From Lama guanicoe (Eukaryota): DNA of 64,000 nt. A program made the translations under genes and the position numbers. The DNA is taken from the NCBI GenBank assembly GCA_013239625.1, contig MU054212.1, positions 7,724,270-7,788,269 of the forward strand, read 5' to 3'. Below the pieces are notes generated by a model. The model saw nothing but the letters and a program-made list of their open reading frames with translations. It made no database searches and was not told where the DNA came from. Shown piece after piece: positions 1 to 12,149 of the stretch; the stretch's first letter is position 1, and each line of letters begins with the position of its first letter.

Positions 1-264
1 ATTTTGCATTGGCTTTTTTCATGCCGTTGACGTGTGATTTCATTAGGTTTTGCTTTATTTTGGTTCATGTTACTAGCTCCCATTCCTGAATTTTTCTTCT
101 CTATGAGTTATATCTAGAACCTATCACTGGCAAGACTTCTCGCTTTCTTCCACCAAGACTGTGATTGCTATGCCTCCCTCGCTGGCTTCCGCCTACCTAA
201 GAGAGCTGTGAGTCCTGCTCAGTTACACTTCCGGTCTGCAAAACTCAGCTTCACTGTACAGAAA

Positions 265-430
265 CAGTGTGGTCTTTGCAAATCTATTAGCCTCTCTAAA
301 AATAAATTTCTTCACCTGCAAAGTGGAGTTGATATTATTGATAACTACAAGGATTACTGTGAGGATGAAATGAGGTGAAGTGTTTAGATCACGTCTTGCA
401 CACAGAAAGTGTCAGTTAAGTATAAGCCCT
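265..430 (+). mobile_element. MIR SINE fragment
   Basis: Core-like tttcttcacctgcaaagtggag...ggattactgtgaggatgaaatgag. Confidence 0.7.
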
Positions 431-1894
431 TAGTCAATCAGATTTGGATACTGAGATGGACAAGAACATGATACATTATCATGGGGGGGATATTTCCTAT
501 AAAAATAAATGATTTAATCATAGAAGCACATGTGCTTAAAACATACCCATCTCTACACACAATTATATATGATGAGAAAAAGGTAAAACTAAAAATCAAT
601 GACTGAAATAGTCATGACGGTAGAGTGAACAGGTTTTAGACTTCTTACACAAAATGTGGCTGTTTGTTCATCTTCTTTCACCTTCAAATATCTTGAGTTT
701 ATAAACAAGTCTGTCCTCCATCGGTTACCAGCCTATTCTCAACTGGTTAATGAAACAATCTTATCTGTTCTCAGCATATATCAGAAGAAGAAATTACTTC
801 TTGATTTCTTCAAGAAAGGTTTTATCTAGCCTTCTTAGGTCTGAGACCCTACCATGCCCTCTGTCTTGCCATCTTCCTGATGTGAGCACACAATTTATAT
901 GTTGAATCAACTGGGCACATGAAGTACTTGTATAAATGCCTAAAGAATGTACTTATACAATCTGGGTAATCATTTCAAATAAATGTTGGGTTCACATTTC
1001 TCTTTATACACTTGAAGTTCTAACGCTTACAGTACAATCACCAGCATACATCTCTCGGCTGGGAATCCATTAGGGTTGCTGTAAAACCTTGGTGCCTCTC
1101 TCTCACAATAGAAAGGAATAACATAGAACATTTACCAACTTCTTACAAAAAGAATCTCTGTCTAGAAATTATGCTTCCTTGTTCTTTTCACGTTTTTATG
1201 AAAGAATGGAGAAGAATATGACTGAGGGTCTAAGATGTCTCAATGAATTTCATCGTTTAAATTTTATCCCAAATTTTGAACCAACCATGTAAGAAGAAAA
1301 GCCAGGTGAGAAAATAAAACGTGTTTCTTTTAGTTTTGATAGAACTGATGTGGAGAATGTGACCTATGTCTGTGGACAAGACTGATACAAGACACATTTG
1401 AGTTCCTCAAATACTAAATCTGACTGTTGGGCTAAAGTTGGTGTGGCCCTGGAAAACTGAAGGCTTCCTCGTAGAGGGACCTACTCAGTAAACCTCAGGG
1501 AGGGGTGGACCAGGAATAAGGCCTGACCTAGAAAATGCAATGGGGCCTGATCCTCTCCCACCTTCTAACACTAACCCAGATTCCTGCAAGTGAGACATCT
1601 ATGTCCAGATCAATTGAATTCACCCTGGAGACCAACACAGTGACTGATTCCTGACCTAGGCTTCCATGCCATGGCCACCTACATCCCTCACAATCAAAGG
1701 CCTTTTTCCTTAACTTATTCACCTCCTTTCTTTTTGCTAGAACTCTGTTTCTTTCTTGAAGATCTTAGCTTTTTTCAAAATGAAACTTATATACCATATT
1801 TAAACATATAAAGATAGTAAACATTTTGATAGACACTTTTATATGCATTTTCTATATAGGAATACAGTTAATCCACAAGAAAAAAAAAGCATAG

Positions 1895-2040
1895 GCAATG
1901 GGTACTAGTATTATCCCCATTTTACAGATGAGGAAACTGAGGTAGAAAATGGATAAAGAACTTGCACTAGGATACACAGCTAGAAAGTATGGGGCTCAGC
2001 TCAAACCGTAAGCTTAGAGTTTTCTTAATCATCACCCTCT
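1895..2040 (-). mobile_element. MIR SINE
   Basis: tattatccccattttacagatgaggaaactgagg core. Confidence 0.85.
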
Positions 2041-4114
2041 ACCACCTCTCCAGAGAGAGACTGACAGACAGAAACAGATAGCTAACAGATGTCAGATATA
2101 AAAATATCAATTTCTTCAGTGCATCAAATTGCAGTACATATTTTTTTTTGTCATTTAACTTATTGTAGCCAAATCATTGCATGGATAAGGATTCTGAAAT
2201 AAATTGTGAAATACATAGACAGAGATGATTAAAATAGTAGGGAAGGGGGTACCTATTACTTGATTGCAGCAGAAGTGGATTTTTTCCAGGAAAAGGCACT
2301 CATACATTTTCTTTGATTTCATTTTCTGACTTAACAAAATATTTCTAATTTTTACATTACTACAGAACAAAACCATGATTGACATTTTATAATTTCCATA
2401 ACTGTTTTCATGTAGGTTTAGCAGTAACCAATTTTTTAAAAATTTCTAGCCACAGAAAGGAAGAGTTTGGAAGGCTTAGAAGAAGTCTGTGGTGCTAAGT
2501 GTCTCTTCTGTTTATATATTCCCTCCCTTTCTATGCTTTTCCTTATAAACCTGTAACATCTCAGCACTTATGTATGCATTTTAATAGCATAGTAAGAGAA
2601 AAGCTTAACCTTATTTACACAGTACTCTTCACGTCGTCGGCTCTTTTCCATCTAGAAGTATGATGCATTTCGGCAGAAAAATACGTGTGTGCAGTCAGGA
2701 AGAAATTTCTTGACTACTCAGTGTAAAAAGTGTTTAAAAATGTTATATTTTTAATTAAATCCTTTGACTTCATTCTGTGAGTTTTTTATGCCAATCATCA
2801 GTAATCTTCAAAAAAATGTTACACTTAGCTTACTTTCCCAACTTTGATATTGTTTAAGGAGATTAGGCTGGCTTCTATCGCTTCCTGTTAATTGAATCTT
2901 GCAGGATGCAGTCATAAACAGCTTTGAGAAGCTGGTATCACTTCAGATCATTTATTAGGAACTAATAATAAACTTAGATATTAGATTTTTTTTTTGGAAA
3001 GTTACTAAAGCTAATTACTCTAATTTGAATCTTAGGAGTTTTTGAATTGTGTGTTGTAAAAATTGATGAATTTAATTGCCTTCTAAAACTCCCACAGGCA
3101 GTACATATCTTTTATGAAAAATAAAACCCAGAGAACTAATAATTTACAATCTCTCTGTTTAGGAAAATATGAGACTGAAGAGTGTTTTCTCTCCAGTGTA
3201 TGAAAATTCTGAACAAGAATACCCTGTTACTAGGAAGCGGTGAGTTTTGTTAATTAGATCACACCCACCCCAGTAATTCAGGTTTTCCCCACATGCTGAC
3301 AACAACTTAACGTCTTTCTTGACAAAAGCAGAGATAGTATACTTGTGACTAAATAAAATTAGCCTTGAGAAATGGTTGTGTCTTCTTAGTCACTAAATAC
3401 AAAATTCAGTACTTACCTATCTGCTCTGGGGTCAAAAAGGAAATAAACATTCTGAAGCCACAGAGGTTTCAGATAAATGAAGACAGATACAAGACGGCAA
3501 GTCGCCGCGGCCGTTTGTGAAAAAGGTGTCCCTACGTAAGCTGTAAACAAACAGAAATTCATTGCTAGATAGCTTGAAAAAGACAAATTACCTAGAATTT
3601 ATGGGAGAGTAATTTCTTTCCTTGAAGTCATGATAATGAATCTCCATTATCCAACATTTTTAGTTTACCCTCGGTCCTCAGAAATTGGAACAATGATTAT
3701 AGGCACCAGTGAAAAATAGTTCCCATCTTCTTTCTTTGATTCTCTTAGGTACTAGGAAATGGGATTCTCTTTGTGTTCCCCTTTGCTGAGTATAGGATTT
3801 TAGAGACATTATTTCCAAAAGTCATTCCCTAATCTATCATTATTAAGTTCTGGAGTAAGAAATTAAAAAGATAGGCAGTTTTCAACTTAAAAGCACATTA
3901 TGGCTCCAAACATTATCCTTTGATTTTGCTTTATTTAAAATTTTAAATGTATTTTCTTATAGAAATCACATTATAAATGTCACCCACTTCTCAATTAAAA
4001 CCATAAAAGCTTACTCCATAAGATAGCCAAACAATAAACATACAGATTTATAGTATCAATAATATAGGTTAAGTTCATCATCTTATATTACATTCTTTTT
4101 TTTTTTTTTGACTT

Positions 4115-4660
4115 ACTAGCACAGCCCAGAACTTCTTTCAAATAAATACCCATAAGAAACTCTCACAAGGGAAGGCATATATGCAGATGATCTTGCTGGC
4201 ATTGTTTGTAATACTGAAAACTTGGAAACCACACAAATGTCTATCAATAGGTGAGTGGAAGTAGATACAGTTCCATGGTAGTGAAAGGAACTAGATATAT
4301 ACATAGTTATAAATTGGAATATTTATACAATGGAATATTGTACAAACTTTAAAGTAAATGAAATAAATCTACATGTATCACCATGGATAAATCTTAAGAT
4401 GTATTGTTGAGAGGAAAAAAGCAGGTTGCATAATAATACATGTAGTATAAATAATATGAAACATGTAATTGAGATAATGTTTGGAACCACCTGAAATGGT
4501 ATATATTTTGATCGATATGTATATATGTAGTAAAGGGCTACAAGCACGACATTAAGAATGCACGCTCACTTGGGGACGCGTAAACTCTAGAGAGGATAGG
4601 AGGCTAGTAAGTTTTAGACTGGAGGAGATAGAGTTCCAAAGATACATGCAATATTCTCTT
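4115..4660 (+). mobile_element. Old L1 (L1M) 3' region fragment
   Basis: gcattgtttgtaatactgaaaacttggaaaccacacaaatgtctatcaatagg ... tggataaatcttaagatgtattgttgagagg, typical of L1M 3' ends. Confidence 0.7.
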
Positions 4661-4674
4661 TTTAAAATTTCACC

Positions 4675-5760
4675 TTTCAGGCAGTCCATGAGGTCAAAAT
4701 TATTCTCCTAATAATTCTAAAATGTTAGTCTTTTTCATCGTGTTAACATTTGCACAGATGGCACATAAACAATGGTGAGTAAAGCTGCTGGCACCTTCGC
4801 GTGATTCAAGGCAGTGGCACCAAACTGCACCTGTAATCACAGGTCTGCGTTCACCATAAAAGTCCCAAATTTACTACCAAATGCCATTTAAGAAGACAAA
4901 ATTTCATTTTATTACATCTCAGATCTTGAGTAGATGTACTTTTCATATGACATGTGATAAAATGGAAAGTTCACAGAAAGGACTTCTGCATTCCAGAGAC
5001 TGATGGCTGTCTTGAAGAAAAGCGAGTGACTAATTGAACTGAGCTTTTTATGGAGCAACACCCTTATTGGTAAGAACCATCAGCAGATTACTCAGACTAG
5101 AGCATTTGGCAGACTTTTTTTTTTTTTTTTGGAGCATCAGTAAAGGTGAGCCTCTTATTTTGAGAAAAGCAACAGATCATATTTGTTATCAATAATAAAA
5201 TTTTGCTTTCAAGAGAAAACTCAACTTTTGGAAAACATATCTGCCACCATAAAGCTTTTCAGCTTTTCAATCCTTAACACATTTTCCAGGATATGTAGTG
5301 ATGATATAACAAATGTGATTTTTAAAGTAGTATAATAAATTATGTCAAAATTTAGAAGATCCATAAAACTCCAATGACCAGTACATGATATTATAAAATC
5401 TTGCATGGACAAAACTTCCACACAAGATACAAAAACTGACCAATGGATTTTAATGTATAACAGATTAAGGAAACTTCCTCCACATTATGTCAGATAACAC
5501 ATTGCAACTAACCTCTAAGAAACTACCAATACTTATAGTGTAATATTACTACCATCTGAAAGGTTATGAAAACACTCCTTTCTTTTCCAAACATTTACAA
5601 TATACTAAAAACAAAACAACAGATAGCAACAGATGGAATACAAACAGGAGAATCAGGCTGCATTCTATTAAGCCAAACATTAAAGTGATTAGCAAACATG
5701 TAAAACAATGCCTTTTTTCTAATTTTTTTTCTTGTTTTGGAAACTACAAAATGTTTTAAA
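4675..5760. mobile_element. hAT-Charlie DNA transposon fossil (Charlie1-like)
   Basis: caaggcagtggcaccaaactg and ttaagccaaacattaaagtgattagcaaacatgtaaaacaatgcc resemble the Charlie1 consensus as I recall it. Confidence 0.7.
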
Positions 5761-6280
5761 TAAGAAAAGGAGGAAAAGAAAAGAAAAAAAGCATCCATGA
5801 TGCCATCACCCATGTATAATCACAGCAAACAGCTCAAGACATTTGACTTCAGACACTAGGCTTTTAGCTTTGACCCTCATGAATATGTGTCTTCCTTCCT
5901 CCCTAAAGGTATCTCAAGTACCTGCTATTGGCTGATAGGGGAGGAGGCAAGCGATGGTCTTCTTCAAGCAAGAACACACAAAGACACACACATATACACA
6001 TACACATTATAACCGCAGGTCATCATGAAAGATGCTAACCATACAGAGTTCGTGGAAGCATCAAGTGTTGAGTATTGCAAACCCCAATTTCACTCCCTTC
6101 TCCTCGAGTATTTAAATGAGTTTAAATTTTATAAATCTGTCCCATATTCTTGCTATGTGTTCTCTCAACTGGTACAAGGTGCCCATGGAGTATTCCATAG
6201 GGAACCTCTTTTGTATTTTCACATATTATGGGATTTTTTCCCATTTCTATAGAGCCTTGATCCTTTTGCTTTCCCTACAT

Positions 6281-6304
6281 ACACACACACACACACACAC
6301 ACAC
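6281..6304. repeat. (CA)n microsatellite
   Basis: About 12 AC units. Confidence 0.95.
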
Positions 6305-6744
6305 TTTCCTTGTAGTTGTGGAAATCTTCACTAACTTCTTCTTTCAACCCCTACCTCCTCTTCCAGTGACTGAGTTGGGAGAAGTGCCATTTTTCTTTGT
6401 TCTCTGTATCCAAAAAGGGAAGGAAGGAAGGAAAGGATGGAGGGAGGCAGCTGGAAGGGAAAGAAAGTCAAAATAAAAAAAAAAGAAAAGAAGTGCTTTC
6501 TTGATTTCTGTTGGGGGAGGGGCAAGAAGAGGCATCAGTCCTTCCACACACTTTGCTGAGTGGAATACTTTGCCACTTAGCAGAGGAGAGTGGCAAATTT
6601 CCCCCCATTAGCTACTGGGTAAGGAGGAACTAGAAACTCTAAGTAGGCACTGCAGACTGTGCTCCATGCAGTGTGAATCCAGCAGAAAGTTACCCTCCCC
6701 AAGTATTTCTGGCCTTTCATTGTATCTAAGATCCTAGGAGAGGG

Positions 6745-7240
6745 AAGATAAGATCAAAGGGTACAACCTTCCAACTATAAATTAAGTCATAGGGATGTAG
6801 TGGTGTGGATAGCCAATAATACTACATCGCATACTATTTTGTTGCATCGTATATTGGAAGTTACTAAGAGAGTACACCTTAAAAAGTCCTTATCACAAGA
6901 AAAAAAATTATAACTATGTATGGTGACAGATGTTAACAAGATTTACTGTGGTGATCGTTTTGCAATACACAGTTGGTCCTCTGTATCCTCTGGCTCTGTA
7001 CCCCCGATTCAGATTCAACCCCAGGTTGGTTTGAATGTGCAGATGTGAAACCTGGGGATATGGAGGCCTAACCGTATTACACCATTCTATATAAAGGACT
7101 GCAGATTTTGGTATCCCTGGGGGTCCTGAAGCCAATCCTTCTCAAATATCAAGGGACAATTGTATAAAACTATTGAATCATTATGTTGTACACTTAAAAT
7201 AATGTTATATACAATTACACTTTTTTTTTTAAGAAACAAA
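6745..7240 (+). mobile_element. L1 3' end (L1MA-like), split by a Tigger-type insertion
   Basis: aagttactaagagagtacaccttaaaaagtccttatcacaagaaaaaaa...tgtggtgatcgttttgcaata, resuming at 7163 with tataaaactattgaatcattatgttgtacac. Confidence 0.8.
6970..7162 (-). mobile_element. TcMar-Tigger non-autonomous element (MER2-like)
   Basis: Imperfect TIRs cagttggtcctctgtatcc / aatatcaagggacaattg; TA at the right flank; internal ttttggtatccctgggggtcctgaagccaatcc. Confidence 0.75.
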
Positions 7241-7299
7241 ATTAAGATCCCAGGGGAGGGGAGATACCTCCCAGAGTCCACAGTGTCTGTCCTACTTCT

Positions 7300-7386
7300 T
7301 TTTTTTTTTTTAATGGAGGTACTGGGAATTGAACCCAGGACCTCGTGCATGTGAAGCACATGCTCTATCCCTGAGCTCTATCCCCC
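7300..7386 (-). mobile_element. tRNA-derived SINE of camelid type
   Basis: Reverse complement reads GGGGGATAGAGCTCAGGGATAGAGCATGTGCTTCACATGCACGAGGTCCTGGGTTCAATTCCCAGTACCTCC plus an A tail (A-box/B-box-like); TSD tgtcctRcttct at 7288-7299 and 7387-7398. Confidence 0.9.
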
Positions 7387-8249
7387 TGTCCTGCTTCTGA
7401 GCTGTCCCACCTCCCCAGCCTGTCCTCCTTCCTGCTCTGATGCTCCACTCACCAACAGCTTCCTTTTCCTCTGTTCTACCCTTTTCTCTCTACATGTAAG
7501 CAGCTCTTTTGCCCTTCTGTTTGTTCTATTTTCCTCAGACCTTACTCATACAGGTGAGATCACTAGGCAACGTTTAACCTGATCCCTGATTTTTGCTTTA
7601 CTGAATATACACAATGCCCTGCCTAATCTGTTGTTTCCCCTCCTGGATTAGAAGGAGTAAGAAATGAAGAATTAAGAGAGATCGAGGTCAAATAATCTAC
7701 TTGGGCTATATTTCTTACTAAAGTACCCTTATTAAACAATACATTATCATGGATATATAGAAAACGTATACAATGCTTTATTTAGAAGTTTTATCAATAT
7801 TTTTAGATCATCCTTATGTAGGTCATGTTTTAAAGTTCAATTTCAGCGATGAAATTATGTTTATAAATCATTTGAAGAACACCTATTAAATTCTGACACT
7901 CAGTTCTATAATGACAATGATGACTATAATTATTAACAACTCATCTTCTACTAGGATAGTGATTTTATACTAAGTAGGCGAGGAATGAAAATCACATTTT
8001 GTACTCATCACGTTGTATGTAAAATATAATAGTAACAAGACAGTTGAAATCAATTTGGTAGGCATCCTAAAACAAAGTTTAAAACACTGACTTGAAATTC
8101 ATTTCTTCAAACATTTTCATTCATTTTAAAGCCAATTCTGATAATCACCTAGTTAATTCTGTTATGCAAAGTTTCTCACGAATATAGCTAAATTTTCCCA
8201 ATCCTAGGAGATTTTATTGTAACCGATGTTAAAATAGTTACAAATAAAC

Positions 8250-8720
8250 CGGCTGCCACTGTGCCATTGATTCCTTCTGTTTCCCACCAACAGTACACTT
8301 TTCCTTGGAGTGTTCATGTCTCCCAAATCCTTAACCACGTGGCTGGGAAGGGAATGACTCCCATGTCTGGCTTTTGAATTAAGCCCTCCATGACATGTGT
8401 ACAAGCTATGGAAATTGATCTCCTTTTACAGGGTCTGCCTTAGCGGTGTGAGGCTTGCCTTAAGCATTTTGTGACCAGAAAGGGAGCCACTGTGTAGAGC
8501 CTGAGGATAAAGCTAACAGGAGTGGAAGCAGAGAAACAAAGAGAAGCCAGATCTTGATGATACTGTTTAAACAGCTGGCTGCATCAGTCATGACCCAGAG
8601 CTCGCTGTACACTGGACTTTTAAGATAAAGCCAGTATGTATCTTTTTGGTTCATTTGCTTGTTTTAGCTGTTTGAGTTTTATTTTCCATTGCCTGTAACT
8701 AAAAAATTTCCAACTGACAT
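8250..8720 (+). mobile_element. ERVL-MaLR LTR (old MLT1 type)
   Basis: 3' end tttgagttttattttccattgcctgtaactaaaaaatttccaactgaca, typical of MLT1J/K. Confidence 0.6.
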
Positions 8721-9049
8721 AGAAACTAACATAGAAATTGACTTCAGAATCATATGGAGTCATGATATATATGCACTGAAGAGGTACCACAGCAGATAAA
8801 TTCATTTCTGAATTTAAAAAAATTGAGTATCTATTTATTCTAGGCAATGTGGTTGGGCTGAGGATTCAGGAGTAAACAAAACATGCATGGTCCTTCTCCT
8901 AGGAATGTTCTGCTTTCATTCCTGCAGGCAAGAAAGACATTTAAAACTAGTTACAGATTAATTCACTTACTTTGATTTTGAAAGGGCTTTGAGGAAGAGG
9001 AATAGACTGGCATGTAAGCCCTTCACAGTGGACTAGACCTAGTCTAGGG

Positions 9050-9384
9050 TGTATGAGTTCCCTAGGGTTGCCATAAAACATAACCATAACCTGAGGGGCT
9101 TGAAACCACAGGAATCTATTCACTCACAGTTCCAGAGGCCAGAAGTGTGAAATCAAAGCATTGGCAGGGCCCTGCAAAGGCTCTCAGGAAGAATGCCTGT
9201 GTCTTCCTGGCTGCTGGTGGTTGCCGACAACCTTTAGCATTCCTTGGCTTGCGGGCCCATCACACCAGTCTTGTGTCCGTTGTCATATAGGCTTCTTCCC
9301 TGAGTCCCTGTGTCTCCAAATCTCTCTCTTCTTAAGGGGTTGGGACTTCAACAGATCTTGGAGAACACAGTGCAGTTTACAACA
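9050..9384 (-). mobile_element. ERVL-MaLR solo LTR (MLT1)
   Basis: TG...CA ends; tgtatgagttccctagggttgccataaaac...cacagttccagaggccagaag; 5-bp TSD taggg/tgggg. Confidence 0.8.
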
Positions 9385-9539
9385 TGGGGGCTAGGAAAAA
9401 ATTCTCTGACGAGATCATCTTGAGCTGACATCGAAGGATGCAGAGGGGACAATAGGGGCATGTATTCCTGGTATACGTTGCATTTGCTGCTGGCCCGTTA
9501 GTTCTGCCATGGCCCATCGTTGCCCCTATATTACCTTCC

Positions 9540-10059
9540 TGCAATAGGGAAGAACAACTCTGACTCATATTACACCTGTTCCTTTAGCTCCTACCCTGTG
9601 CTCTGTTTCCTGTACCTAGTCATGCTGGTTCTGCACCTTTTGTAAAAGAATGTTGCCTAGAGCCAGAAATATACAGGACAGCCCATTCTCAAGGCTCTAA
9701 CCTTTAAGGGTACAGCACTTTTCCATTCACATAGAGATAAAAAGTTGCAGAATGGAGAGTAACATTTGTCTTGTTGGAGGTTTATAGGAACATCATGACC
9801 TGGCCTAGGCAGACAAGCTGCAAGAACAAAGGATTCAAACACCAAGCAGTTTGCGACAACCAGCCACACCCCCTCCCCTTTACAGTAGAAAAGGAGCCTG
9901 AATTCTGACTTGGGGAAGATGGTTCTCTGGGACATTAGTTGGCCACCTTCTCAGTCTGCTGGCTTTCCGAATAAAGTCATTCTTCCTTACCCCAGCACCT
10001 TGTCTCCTGATTTATTGGCCTGTCGTGAGGCAAGCAGAACCAGTTTGGGCTCAGTAATA
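9540..10059 (+). mobile_element. ERV1-class LTR (artiodactyl MER41-like)
   Basis: Starts TG, AATAAA at ~9970, ends cagtaata; clearly homologous to the copy at 32036-32305; family name from recall. Confidence 0.8.
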
Positions 10060-10499
10060 CAATTAACAAGCAAGGATAGAGAAGAAAGACCCAGCCTTTA
10101 GAAGAGATACTGTCACGAGCAAAGCAGGCACTTTGGTCTAGGAGGGACTGGGTCACTAGGCAGGTAATTCATGCAGGGACATGAGGACAGAGAGTGAAAC
10201 CACGATCCACTCACTGTAATGAGGGATAATGAGAAAATCAGAGTTAAGAAAAGATACAAAGGTCAGTTCAGATTTGGGGCACATAATCAAAGGGGAGAGG
10301 ACATCGTGTAGAATAGTCTATCTGATGGTTGAATGTCTTTACAGTCACTCTGGTTAAAGTGGGAATGGAGACTTACACTTCTTAGAGGTAGGTCATGCCT
10401 GCTGGTAAAGTGCCAGGAATTGTTAAAAGGGGAAGAAAACAGAATATTTAGAATTAGTTAGGGCCTGATAATAAGACCCCAAAACTAAATAGCTTTACT

Positions 10500-10720
10500 T
10501 TAATAAACACACACTATGTGCCAGGCACAGAGCTGTTGTCAGGGCATTCATAATCTTTAGCACTCACATAAGCCTTGTAAGGAATTCCTGTTACCTAGAT
10601 TTTCTGATGAGGAAACAACAACAGAGAGATTAATTCACTAATAAATACACACAAACAGTAAATGGCAGAGGCTGAATTTGAACCAAGATCTCTGTGGTTT
10701 CAAAACTCAGTCTCATTTCA
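10500..10720 (-). mobile_element. MIR SINE
   Basis: actatgtgccaggcac...ttttctgatgaggaaac...aatggcagaggctgaatttgaaccaag. Confidence 0.8.
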
Positions 10721-11404
10721 GCAATAGATACAACATGCTTTGGTGTTAAGAACACTGAACACTCTACTCTCGAGTATGCAGTGGAACTGGAGATGAAGGA
10801 GTGAATCCAAGACGTCTGTCCAAGGGAGAGACGACTGATTAAAGATGGAAGAAGGTGTAAGGGAAAAGAGAGAAGAATCACAGAGGATGCTACAGTTTTT
10901 GATCTGGTAGATTATAAGATTGGAAAGACAGAAATGAGAAACGTTGAGGAAAAATGTTTTTTTGTCGTATGTATATGGATTTCTGACAAGAGAAGGAAGT
11001 GGTTTTGAGTATAACTAATTTAAGGGGAAATATTTTAGAGGAATTTATAAATAACACTTAAGATGAGATATATATTTGGAAGCACATTTTAATTTGATTC
11101 TATTTATTAACACCACATCTTGACTGAAAGAAATGAAAAACACAGGTCTTTGTGAAATCTGTGGCCATTTTTATGATTTAGACAATGAGAAAACTAAGAT
11201 ATGTTTATGTATGTGTACTGCCTTCTGGTGATACACCTTTAGGAGTGTATAATCAAATTATATGTATAACATATTATACTATATGTGTGTATGTGTGTAA
11301 GTAAGCATTTATAATTATCTACAGAATATTTTGACTTAAACTTTTTACGACCAAAATTGACCTTGTCTTTCCTCTTCCTTCTCCCACCAGCAACCCACAC
11401 GCAC

Positions 11405-11560
11405 AAATATATAGGTATATACTCTGTTATATATATATTTAGACTGTATATCCCTGATTTTATATATATATATATGTATATATATATGTATATGTATATA
11501 TATACACCACACTCTAAGGTGTAATTAATATATATGAATATGTATATACATGAATATGGC
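11405..11560. repeat. (TA)n / (TATG)n simple repeat
   Basis: tatatatatatatatgtatatatatatgtatatgtatata. Confidence 0.85.
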
Positions 11561-12149
11561 TATGTACTCTGCATAAATTAAAATATGGTCCTTTAAAATA
11601 CACTTTTAAGAGATTGTCCCATTTATGTAAAAATTCACTAGATTTTAATATTTTAAAATTTCAAAAATATGTGCAGAGTTAAGGACATATATATTCAGGT
11701 TCAATGCAAATGCAAGAAGAAAGATGTGAGAATGAGAAAGATGTGCTAAAACTCCTAGCAGGGAAGTACCTGCTTAGAGAAAGACAGTCTTGCTACATCT
11801 ATCAGGGATGTGCCATTTGCACACAGGAAGAAGCTCTTTTCCGAGTTCTATTCTGTAAGGGGTATTGTTTGGCACTCTGAAGTTTTAGGATAAAATGTCA
11901 GATAATCACTTTTTATTATAAAATCCATAGATTTTTTTATGAACATATAGGAATTTAAGGAATAAGGGCGCATCCTGAGAAATCTACTAGGGAGTAAGCT
12001 TCAGATAATCAAAAGCAATGAGGAGATGAAGAGACGTCAACACGAGGAATGGCGATGCGAATTTGGAATCATGTAAGTATTTTGCATAATGATGAGATTA
12101 AATTAAATTTTAACAAAGAAATCAAAAAATATATATAAAATGAAACAAC

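Larger units (their letters stand above)
8800..10400 (-). mobile_element. L2 fragments interrupted by MLT1 and ERV1 LTR insertions
   Basis: L2 tail-like ttcatttctgaatttaaaaaaattgagtatcta; L2 body-like tgagctgacatcgaaggatg continuing after 10063. Confidence 0.55.

Noticed and set aside
3495..3515. CpG patch gtcgccgcggccg (similar small patch at ~30103)
   Set aside because: Far too short for a CpG island, with no supporting promoter features.
7300..7386. Possible tRNA gene
   Set aside because: Has an A tail and TSD, mismatched stems, and a second diverged copy at 21853; it is a SINE.
9540..10059. Interferon-inducible (GAS) enhancer in the MER41-like LTR
   Set aside because: I found no TTC-N3-GAA motif in either copy by eye, and the family assignment is from recall only.
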